Shown piece after piece: positions 55,925 to 64,000 of a stretch of 64,000 nucleotides of DNA. This stretch comes from Fidelibacterota bacterium (GTDB lineage: Bacteria; Fidelibacterota; Marinisomatia; SCGC-AAA003-L08; GCA-2689995): contig JACNKR010000037.1 of assembly GCA_014381925.1 (NCBI GenBank), positions 35,767 to 99,766 on the forward strand. The letters are read 5' to 3'. The notes under the pieces are model-generated. The model made no database searches, was not told the DNA's origin, and saw only the letters and a list, made by a program, of their open reading frames with translations. Each line of letters begins with the position of its first letter. Within the stretch, counting starts at the first letter, position 1. Both the position numbers and the translations under genes were made by a program.

Positions 55925-58900
55925 GTGTTCAATAAAAATTATATAATTATTCTTCTATTTTCAATTGCGGTTTCAATTCCTGCATTTCCAGGTAAAATTA
56001 AATTTACTCAATCCACAGGTGACATTTTTTTTGGGTATGTAAAAGGTGATGAGTGGCAAAATTGGCATGAAACTGAAAATGGTTTTACAATTTCAAAAGA
56101 TAATAAAAATAATTGGTATTTTGTCAAATCATATAATGGGGAATCTCCAATATTAACAAACTATCCAGCACATTTGCCATCACCTATAGATATTCAAAAA
56201 CATATAAAACCAGTTCGAAATTTTTCTGTTGATTATCATTTAAATAAAGTAAATATTGAAAATACAAATCGAGAAACATGGTTATTTCCACTATTATTAA
56301 TTGATTTCCCGGATTTACCAGCATCATATTCGGTGGAAACATTTGATGATTTAATGAATGAAAATGGGTATTCAGGGGTTCAGGGACAAACAGGTAGTTT
56401 TAGAGATTATTATTTAGAAATTTCGTATGGACAATTTGATATAGATACAGAAGTTATTGGTTGGTTTACTTCTGCAGAAGAGCATATAAATTATGGTGAT
56501 GATACCCAGGGTAGTTATAATAGTGTGCGAGAAATGATAGGGGATGCTATTGATGAAGCTGAAGAACAAGGTATTGATTGGAGCCAATTTGATAATGATG
56601 GTGATGGTTATGTAGATGGTATAAATATTGTGCATGCAGGGCAAGGAGCAGAAGAAGGAAATGGCTCAAATATTTGGTCGCATAAGTGGAGTTTAGGAAG
56701 TTATACTAGATTTTATGATGGTGTTTGGATTGATGCATATTCAATTAATCCTGAAAAGCAAAATGCAGGGTATTCTGGAATCCCAGGTTTAACACATATT
56801 GGTGTGATTAGCCATGAATTTGGACATGCTCTTGGATTGCCAGATTTATATGATACAGATTATTCCTCTTCTGGAATTGGAACTTGGGGGCTTATGTCAG
56901 GTGGCTCATGGGGAGGAAATGGTTCTTCACCATGGTATCCTTCACATATGTGTGCATGGGCAAAAATTGAATTAGGTTGGATTGAACCAATTGTTTTAGA
57001 TAATGAAATAAGTATAACGATGGATTTAGAAAATGTTGAAGAAAACCCAACCGTAATTAAATTAAATGGTTCGGTGTTAAATAGCCAGTATTTTTTAATT
57101 GAGAATCGTCAACAAATTGGTTCGGATCAAACATTAAAAAACTCAGGATTATTAATTTGGCATATTAATGATTCACAATATGGTAATTCAAATGATGATA
57201 ATAGATTAGTTGATTTAGAACAGGCTGATGGATTATTCCAATTAAACAATGGCTATAATGATGGTGATTTAAGTGATCCATACCCTGGAACAATGAATAT
57301 TACTCGGTTTGCAAATGAAACTATACCTTCATCTCAATATAATAATGGTTCAACTTCTAATATTATTGTAACAGATATAATTGAATCTGATGAAATTATT
57401 ACAGCTACTTTTCAAAATATGCCCAGCTTAGATATTGTAAATATAAATTCAATTGAATTAGATGGTGACGGTGATGGTATTGTTAATCCGAATGAATCGT
57501 TTGCGGTTAGCTTTCAATTTGAAAACCCATCAAATATTTCAATAGAAAATTTAAATATAACTTTATCTTCTATCTCACCTTATATTGTTTTATTTGAAGA
57601 ATTGATTGAAGTTGGATCTATTAATGGAAATTCAAATTCAAATTCAGTAAATATAAATGGATTTATCAATTTGAATTCACCTCCAATAAATATACCAATT
57701 TTAATTGAGTTAACAGGAGACATTGAAGGCGGTACTTTAAGTCAATTTTTAGTGTTTGAAATTGAAGTTTCTTTAAATCAATCAGGTTTTCCATTCCAAG
57801 AAAGTGGTGCTGTAAAATCATCTCCAATTATTATTGATATAGATGGGGATGGAGAAAATGAAATTATTTTTGGTACAATGAGTGGTGATTTGGTGGTATT
57901 AAATTCTGATGGATCTTTTCAAAATGGAAATTGGCCGTACCATGTTGGAGGTCAATTTTGGGCATCTCCCGCTGTTGCAGATATTGATAATGATGGAACA
58001 CTTGAAATTATAATATCTAATCATAATAAAAATATTTATGTTTTTGACCCATTCGGAAATATTGAAATGGAATTTTATACAGACCAGTTTTTAGTGGGAT
58101 CACCCTCAATTGGAAATTTAGATAATGATAATGATTTAGAAATTGTATTTGCCGGTATAGGTCAAACTACAAAACTATATGTAATTAATTCAGATACGAC
58201 TTATGTGAATGGATTCCCAATTGACCTTAATGAAAATGTATTTACAAGCGTAAGTTTATTTGATTTTAATGAAAATAATAAAGATGATATTGTAATTGGT
58301 ACAGATAATGGAAACTTATATTTAATTTATGATAACGGTGAAATTGCAGATTCTTTTCCAATTGAAACGGGAAATGGGATAAAATCAGACCCAATTATTG
58401 CTAATATTGAAGGTGATAATAATCCTGAGATTTTATTTGGAAATGAAGATGGTAATTTTTATTGTTTAAAATCAGATGGAAGTATTCTTTTTCAGATTGA
58501 TGTGGAAAGCCCAATTAGAACTTCCCCTGGAATAATTGAAGATGAATATGGAATAAAAATATTTTTTGGAGATGTAAGTGGATATTTGCATGGAATAACA
58601 CCCGTTGGAAATCCGTTAATTGGGTGGCCTAAATTTTATGATCAAGATATATTGGTTTCCCCAATATTTTCAGATTTAAATAATGATGGAAGTCCAGAAG
58701 TAATAACCTCCAATAAAATAGGTGATTATATCATTTGTGATTTACTAGGAAATCAATTGTTTGCAGAGCAAATTTCAACAGGGATTATTACTGAATCTCA
58801 ACCTACAATTGCAGATATTGATTTAGATGGTGATTTAGAAATATTTATTGGAAATCAAAATGGATTAACAGCATTAGATATTAAATTTTCTGGAGAAATT

Positions 58901-59155
58901 ACGTCGTGGAATATGTTTAAAGGGAATTCTAAACGGAATGGATTTATAAATATAGAAAATCTATATCAAATAATGGGTGATATAAACTTTGATGGTTTTG
59001 TAAATATATTGGATGTATTAATAATAGTTAATTTTGTCGTTAATGATTTAGATATATCTGATTCTGAATTTTATATATCAGATTTAAATGCAGATAATAT
59101 TATAAATATTAATGATATTGTCTTAATTGTTCAAATTATATTAAATGATTTTTAA
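55925..59155 (+). CDS. secreted M6 (immune inhibitor A-like) metalloprotease with FG-GAP repeats and a C-terminal dockerin-like module
   Basis: HEFGHALGLPDLYD zinc site. M6-type context (WSHKW, IENRQ..G.D..L...GLLIWH). FG-GAP/VCBS repeats. C-terminal GDINFDGFVNILDVLIIVN...SDLNADNIININDIVLIVQ. GTG start. Confidence 0.85.
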   Translation: MFNKNYIIILLFSIAVSIPAFPGKIKFTQSTGDIFFGYVKGDEWQNWHETENGFTISKDNKNNWYFVKSYNGESPILTNYPAHLPSPIDIQKHIKPVRNFSVDYHLNKVNIENTNRETWLFPLLLIDFPDLPASYSVETFDDLMNENGYSGVQGQTGSFRDYYLEISYGQFDIDTEVIGWFTSAEEHINYGDDTQGSYNSVREMIGDAIDEAEEQGIDWSQFDNDGDGYVDGINIVHAGQGAEEGNGSNIWSHKWSLGSYTRFYDGVWIDAYSINPEKQNAGYSGIPGLTHIGVISHEFGHALGLPDLYDTDYSSSGIGTWGLMSGGSWGGNGSSPWYPSHMCAWAKIELGWIEPIVLDNEISITMDLENVEENPTVIKLNGSVLNSQYFLIENRQQIGSDQTLKNSGLLIWHINDSQYGNSNDDNRLVDLEQADGLFQLNNGYNDGDLSDPYPGTMNITRFANETIPSSQYNNGSTSNIIVTDIIESDEIITATFQNMPSLDIVNINSIELDGDGDGIVNPNESFAVSFQFENPSNISIENLNITLSSISPYIVLFEELIEVGSINGNSNSNSVNINGFINLNSPPINIPILIELTGDIEGGTLSQFLVFEIEVSLNQSGFPFQESGAVKSSPIIIDIDGDGENEIIFGTMSGDLVVLNSDGSFQNGNWPYHVGGQFWASPAVADIDNDGTLEIIISNHNKNIYVFDPFGNIEMEFYTDQFLVGSPSIGNLDNDNDLEIVFAGIGQTTKLYVINSDTTYVNGFPIDLNENVFTSVSLFDFNENNKDDIVIGTDNGNLYLIYDNGEIADSFPIETGNGIKSDPIIANIEGDNNPEILFGNEDGNFYCLKSDGSILFQIDVESPIRTSPGIIEDEYGIKIFFGDVSGYLHGITPVGNPLIGWPKFYDQDILVSPIFSDLNNDGSPEVITSNKIGDYIICDLLGNQLFAEQISTGIITESQPTIADIDLDGDLEIFIGNQNGLTALDIKFSGEITSWNMFKGNSKRNGFINIENLYQIMGDINFDGFVNILDVLIIVNFVVNDLDISDSEFYISDLNADNIININDIVLIVQIILNDF

Positions 59156-59170
59156 TTAGAAAAAGTAAAA

Positions 59171-61366
59171 ATGAAAAGAACTTTTCCACTCAAAGGAATA
59201 CATTGTGCTAGCTGTATTTCAAATGTTGAAAACCTATTAAAAAAAATTCCTGAAATTAATAATTCAAATGTTAACTTAGCATTAAAAACATTAACAATTG
59301 ATTACCCATCAAAAGAATTATTAGATGAAATTAAAATATTACTTTCAAAAAATGGTTATGAATTAATTACAAACCCAAAAATTTCAAGCCATCAAATCCA
59401 AATAGAAGAAATTAATAAATGGAAAAGTAAATTAATCTTTTCAGCAATTTTTGGTATTCCTTTATTCTTTATTGCTATGGGTGAAATGTTGTCAATATCA
59501 TTCAATTTTTCATTAAATGTATCAAATTATTTGCAACTAACTTTGGCAACATTTATTATTGCAATTGGTTTTGATTTTTTTAAAATTGGTTTTTTGAGAT
59601 TATTTAAATTAAACCCTGATATGAATTCACTTATTGCCTTAGGTACAAGTGCTGCATATGGTTTTTCAATTTTCACAATTTTAAATCAAAGTTTTAATCT
59701 TGGGTGGTCAGGGTTTAATCATGTTTATTTTGAATCTGCGGGTATAATTTTATTATTTATTACTACAGGTCGCTTTTTAGAAGCAAAGGCAAAGGGGCAA
59801 GCAATACAGGCATTAAGTAAATTATTGAGCCATGCTCCTAAAATAGCATTGATTCAGAAAAATAATGAGTGGATAAAAATACCAATTGAAGAAATTGTAA
59901 TTGGTGATATTGTTAGAATAAAACCTGGAGATAAAGTTCCTGTAGATGGAATAGTGATTGAAGGTGTATCTCATGTGGATGAGTCTGTTATTACTGGAGA
60001 GTCATTACCGGTTAAAAAAGATGTAGGGAAACATGTAATTGCTCCAGCAATTAATACATCTGGCACTATTGATATTAAGGCTGATAAAGTTGGTGCTGAT
60101 ACTGTATTCGCTCAAATAATTAGAATGGTAGAAGAAGCTCAATCGTCAAAAGCACCAATTCAATCAATGGCTGACAAAATTGCATCTATTTTTGTACCTG
60201 TTGTCTTAATTTTAGCAATAGGTAGTTTTTCATTTTGGTATTTATCTGGCGAGTCATTGGAATTTTCAATTAAAATATTAGTTTCAGTTCTAATAATAGC
60301 GTGTCCTTGTGCATTGGGGTTAGCAACTCCAACCGCATTAGTTGTTGGATTGGGAATTGGTGCTCGAAAAGGCGTACACTTTAGAAACGCAACTTCTATC
60401 CAAAATTTAAGTAATGTGACTTCTCTTGTATTTGATAAGACAGGAACAATTACTTCAGGGGAAATTTCTGTTACGGATATAATTACTGAACAAAGTGATG
60501 AATTATTTAAATCCTATTTTGCATCTATAGAATATTTATCCGAACATTTATTGGCAAAATCAATTGTAAATTCCTTTAATAATTCAAAAATATTAAAAGT
60601 TGATGAATTTGAAATTGTTGAAGGATATGGTGTAAAGGGTATGCTAAATAATCGATCAATACTCGCTGGTAGTATGCGTTATATGGATAATCAAAATATA
60701 AAAATAAGTAAAAAATATTCAGAATTGGATTTGAAATTACAATCCCAAGGAAAAACAGTTATTCATTTAGCTTATGATCGGTTATGGCTTGGATTAATTG
60801 CAATGGCTGACACAATTAGAGATGAATCTGATTTTTTAATTTATAAATTAAAAAAGATGAAAGTTAATTTATCCATATTATCTGGTGATAATCCATACAC
60901 AACAAAATTTGTAGCAGATCAAGTTGGAATTAAAAATTATTCTTCTGAAATGCTTCCTAAAGATAAAAATGATAAAATTAAAGAGTATAAATCTTCAGGA
61001 GAAGTTGTTGCAATGGTTGGTGATGGAATAAATGACGCACCGTCATTAGTAGAGGCTGATGTTGGAATTACACTTAGTTCAGGCACTGAAATTGCGACAG
61101 AAAGTTCAGATGTTGTGTTGATGAATCCTGACCTTAGAGGATTATTAACAGCATTTTCATTGAGTAAATTAACAATGAGAAAAATTAAACAAAATTTATT
61201 TTGGGCGTTTGCATACAATGTTTTTGCAATCCCTATAGCTATGGGTTTATTTCACCCATTATTATTAAACCCAATGGTTGCTGGTGGGGCAATGGCACTA
61301 TCATCTGTTACAGTCGTTATAAATTCAGTTAGTTTGAAATTTATGAAAATTGATGGGCATCAATAA
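59171..61366 (+). CDS. copA: copper-translocating P1B-type ATPase
   Basis: HMA domain GIHCASC, TGE, CPC motif ([11 protein letters not shown]), [13 protein letters not shown]. Confidence 0.95.
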   Translation: MKRTFPLKGIHCASCISNVENLLKKIPEINNSNVNLALKTLTIDYPSKELLDEIKILLSKNGYELITNPKISSHQIQIEEINKWKSKLIFSAIFGIPLFFIAMGEMLSISFNFSLNVSNYLQLTLATFIIAIGFDFFKIGFLRLFKLNPDMNSLIALGTSAAYGFSIFTILNQSFNLGWSGFNHVYFESAGIILLFITTGRFLEAKAKGQAIQALSKLLSHAPKIALIQKNNEWIKIPIEEIVIGDIVRIKPGDKVPVDGIVIEGVSHVDESVITGESLPVKKDVGKHVIAPAINTSGTIDIKADKVGADTVFAQIIRMVEEAQSSKAPIQSMADKIASIFVPVVLILAIGSFSFWYLSGESLEFSIKILVSVLIIACPCALGLATPTALVVGLGIGARKGVHFRNATSIQNLSNVTSLVFDKTGTITSGEISVTDIITEQSDELFKSYFASIEYLSEHLLAKSIVNSFNNSKILKVDEFEIVEGYGVKGMLNNRSILAGSMRYMDNQNIKISKKYSELDLKLQSQGKTVIHLAYDRLWLGLIAMADTIRDESDFLIYKLKKMKVNLSILSGDNPYTTKFVADQVGIKNYSSEMLPKDKNDKIKEYKSSGEVVAMVGDGINDAPSLVEADVGITLSSGTEIATESSDVVLMNPDLRGLLTAFSLSKLTMRKIKQNLFWAFAYNVFAIPIAMGLFHPLLLNPMVAGGAMALSSVTVVINSVSLKFMKIDGHQ

Positions 61367-61784
61367 TAGCATTATTTGCTAATTCATCGCATCTTTCATT
61401 TTCAGGATGTCCTGAATGTCCTTTTACCCATTCCCAAATAATTTTATGATTTTGACTAAGACAATCTAATTCTATCCATAAATCTTTATTTTTTACAGAT
61501 TTTTTATTTGCAGTTTTCCAACCATTTTTTTTCCAATTAAATATCCATGATGAGATACCATTTTTTACATAGGTCGAATCAGTTGTTAACACAATTTCAC
61601 ATGGTTCTTTCAAACATTTCAATGCTTCAACTGCTGCTGTTAATTCCATAATATTATTCGTTGCATTAGGTTGAAATCCTGAAATTTCTTTTACCGTATT
61701 TCCATATTGAAGTACTGCACCCCAGCCACCATTTCCAGGATTCCCTTTGCAAGCACCATCTGTAAAAATTTTAACATTTTTCAT
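61341..61784 (-). CDS. rnhA: ribonuclease HI
   Basis: IFTDGAC.GNPG.GGWG, ELTA, TDS.Y, W.WVKGH.G...NE..D.LA. Confidence 0.95.
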   Translation of the reverse strand: MKNVKIFTDGACKGNPGNGGWGAVLQYGNTVKEISGFQPNATNNIMELTAAVEALKCLKEPCEIVLTTDSTYVKNGISSWIFNWKKNGWKTANKKSVKNKDLWIELDCLSQNHKIIWEWVKGHSGHPENERCDELANNAIIDAHQFS

Positions 61785-64000
61785 TTATATTCCTGTTGAT
61801 TCTTCTTCATCCATTTCTTCAATTTTTGGTGATATTGGTTTGAATATTCTTCCATCCCCTGAAGTACCATCCATAAATACAGTTAAAGATTGATTGAAAG
61901 AAATACATTTTAAGTTTGTCGTTTCATTTACTATATTTTGTTTGTCAAGCCATTCCCAATCTAAAAAATCATCTTTCTTTTTCCCTGAAACAGTAAAATA
62001 TCCAATTCTTAAGCTTGTAACATTTTGGAAAAAATGACTCCCAAATGAAGGGTCTATATCAAGTCCTTCCATACATACTTCAACAATTACTTTTGCATTT
62101 GATATTTGGTTCCAATGAACAGGTATTCCGAGCCATGGGTCAGCAGACCCCCAGCGCCCAGGACCAATTAATATATATGGCTTTCCATTTAACTCTGAAT
62201 TCATTTTTTCAATTTCTAGTGCAATTTGTTTTGTGTTTGAGAGATTGAATTCGTTCGGTTTAATATAGATTATATGTAATAAATTTTCAATTATTCCATC
62301 ACCTAAGGTTATAGAACTTGAACAAAATACATCTTCAAATTCATTTAAATGGAATTTTTGACGCCGATCTAATTGTTTTATGACCATTGGTTTAATTTGT
62401 AAAAGACAAAACTCTGGAATTCGACCATCATTATAAATATTTATTGCATACTCAATTTCAACAGGGCATCCCAAAGAAAGCCCACCCAATTTTAATAATT
62501 CCTTTAATATTTCTGATAACGGAATCTTATTAAATTTTAAAATTGAAGAAAAAGTAAGAACACGAATTCCTTTATAATTTAAAGAGTCTCTTATTAGACC
62601 ATCTTCGCTACTTACTACGCTTGCTGCAAATTTAATAGAACCATCTTTTTCGGCGGTTTCAAGAGAATATCTTTTTAAATTATTTAATTCTCCCTTTGAT
62701 AAAATATTCTTTTGATCAATCATTTCAAGAGCAAAAAATGATCTTTGGCTATTATTAATTGTTGATTTTACAGAATAAAACTGTGGTAGGATTGCAGGGT
62801 ATTCAGGAGAAAATCGTAGTACTTTTTCACCTTCAACAACAATTTTTCCAAATCCTAATGCCAAAAATCCGACCCCTTCTTCTCGCTTCATATAAGAAAC
62901 TGGGTAATAATTATAACTTTGTGCTACACCAGATAAAGTGGGATAAAAACGATTTCCATAATGTTGGCCTATTAATTCTTGAATTATAACAGCCATTTTT
63001 TCTTCATCATGTCTATGAGTCGAAATATCCATTATTGATTTTGGTTCTTGAAAAAATAAAGAAGCATATACTCGTTTTACAGCTTCACATAATTGAGAAA
63101 GTCTATCTTTTTCTATGTTTGATGAGTTAGGAAGCATATAAGTTTCATATAATCCTGCAAGAGGTTGGTATTGAGAATCTTCCAATAAACTTGATGATCT
63201 AACTGCCAAAGGATAATGCACTTCTAATAAAAATATTTTTAAAGATTGGACTAATTTTCGTGTTAATCTTGATTTTAAAAATAATTTAACAATATCATTA
63301 TTTGAATTTGTTTTTAATGATTTTTCCCATAAATCATTATTTTTCATGAAAATATCAAATTCTTCTGTACCAATTACAATTAGTTTAGGTACTCTAATCA
63401 AAATATTAGGATAATTATTTTTAATCGTTGATTTTTCAATCATACTTCTTGCAAAAGCAAGGCCTCGTGCTTTTCCGCCAAGAGATCCACCCGATATTTT
63501 TGTAAAATTTGCTGTTGGATCAAATCGTTCTGGCGTGAATTCCACGACCATATCACGATGTCTTCTATCTCTTATTTTTTTAATTATATCAATTAATAAT
63601 TCTCTTAAATCAAAAATTGATTCAAAATTGTCAATATTAAATTCGCGTAAAAATGATGCAATTTTAAATTCTCCTCTTGCGGCAAGCCAATTTGAGAAAT
63701 GGTTTTTTGAAGCATGAAATAATAATGATTCATTAGGTATATCAATCAATTGGTCAATTAAATCTCTCAGGTTTTTCGCTTTGGAAATTTCATTTCCATT
63801 TTTCATTTTGAATATAAAATCACCAAATCCAAAATTATGAGTGATATAATTAGAAATATCTTTGAGCAAGGTGGGGGATTGTTTATCAAAAAACTCCACC
63901 ATATTTTTACGCGCTTCACTTTCCATCCTAGAATCAGTAGATTGTAATATTATTGGTATTGCTTTATCAATTTTACGAATCCATTGAGTTAGTTCCAGCC
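61785..64000 (-). CDS. PEP/pyruvate-binding (PPDK N-terminal-like) domain protein, probably with an N-terminal receiver domain; the 5' end lies outside the window
   Basis: GGSLGGKARGLAF nucleotide-binding-loop-like motif. The frame stays open upstream of the track ATG to nt 64000 (LELTQWIRKIDKAIPIILQSTDS, which looks like the end of a REC domain). Confidence 0.6.
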   Translation of the reverse strand, partial: LELTQWIRKIDKAIPIILQSTDSRMESEARKNMVEFFDKQSPTLLKDISNYITHNFGFGDFIFKMKNGNEISKAKNLRDLIDQLIDIPNESLLFHASKNHFSNWLAARGEFKIASFLREFNIDNFESIFDLRELLIDIIKKIRDRRHRDMVVEFTPERFDPTANFTKISGGSLGGKARGLAFARSMIEKSTIKNNYPNILIRVPKLIVIGTEEFDIFMKNNDLWEKSLKTNSNNDIVKLFLKSRLTRKLVQSLKIFLLEVHYPLAVRSSSLLEDSQYQPLAGLYETYMLPNSSNIEKDRLSQLCEAVKRVYASLFFQEPKSIMDISTHRHDEEKMAVIIQELIGQHYGNRFYPTLSGVAQSYNYYPVSYMKREEGVGFLALGFGKIVVEGEKVLRFSPEYPAILPQFYSVKSTINNSQRSFFALEMIDQKNILSKGELNNLKRYSLETAEKDGSIKFAASVVSSEDGLIRDSLNYKGIRVLTFSSILKFNKIPLSEILKELLKLGGLSLGCPVEIEYAINIYNDGRIPEFCLLQIKPMVIKQLDRRQKFHLNEFEDVFCSSSITLGDGIIENLLHIIYIKPNEFNLSNTKQIALEIEKMNSELNGKPYILIGPGRWGSADPWLGIPVHWNQISNAKVIVEVCMEGLDIDPSFGSHFFQNVTSLRIGYFTVSGKKKDDFLDWEWLDKQNIVNETTNLKCISFNQSLTVFMDGTSGDGRIFKPISPKIEEMDEEESTGI

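Noticed and set aside
509-62989. Short antisense or alternative-frame ORFs inside annotated genes. Examples: 509-718, 2162-2458, 3195-3383, 5074-5271, 8340-8675, 10034-10273, 11928-12137, 13190-13403, 15408-15596, 17655-17858, 18335-18544, 18632-18967, 19721-19969, 21425-21685, 23065-23262, 27519-27764, 32557-32742, 33378-33602, 34704-35026, 40401-40715, 41343-41567, 46138-46580, 47115-47704, 54721-54963, 56414-56644, 60937-61218, 62045-62248, 62759-62989, 63535-63717.
   Set aside because: All of them lie wholly within, or mostly overlap, much longer ORFs with clear family motifs. They have low-complexity or stop-poor, AT-driven compositions and no recognisable motifs or RBS.

Overview
This is a visibly AT-rich, very compact bacterial chromosomal segment. 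Most genes are on the plus strand, and many neighbours abut or overlap by 1-20 nt.

Housekeeping core. Positions 1-38.7 kb and 59.2-64 kb carry ggt (5' truncated), lepB, a csp-like gene, folB-folK, a deoxynucleoside kinase, smc, comF, an NhaC-type transporter, an M16 peptidase, dusB, tRNA-Ser(GGA), grpE-dnaJ, comEA, rsmD, coaD, pta, icd, obg, dprA, guaA-guaB, pyrG, typA, pyk, copA, rnhA, and a receiver/PEP-binding fusion protein that runs off the 3' edge.

Accessory block. Positions 38.8-59.2 kb look accessory and contain:
- a 1117-aa STAND-type ATPase-TPR protein with a C-terminal SARP-like wHTH+BTAD output domain;
- a 1.1-kb gene-free block of nested, near-identical direct repeats, short palindromes and 7-bp-period heptad arrays (42152-43293). 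This is the most unexplained structure in the window;
- a cluster of uncharacterised envelope proteins: a double zinc ribbon protein, an LPP20-like lipoprotein, a membrane/beta-barrel-like protein, and a 788-aa multi-domain lipoprotein;
- a small-ORF/tRNA-like element;
- secreted peptidases (M14, M6) and FG-GAP proteins that share a C-terminal dockerin-like module;
- a protein with a T9SS-type C-terminal sorting domain;
- a lone flagellin gene with a near-consensus sigma-28 promoter and CsrA-type leader motifs.

Gene-structure anomalies:
- an in-frame TAA in a YwaF-like membrane-protein gene;
- comF and guaA, whose conserved N-termini have no ATG/GTG/TTG start;
- a 77-nt obg/dprA overlap.

Lineage is an inference only. 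The T9SS-type CTDs, dockerin-like tags and low G+C suggest an uncultured marine lineage related to the FCB group. All protein family calls come from motif recognition by eye; no database search was run.
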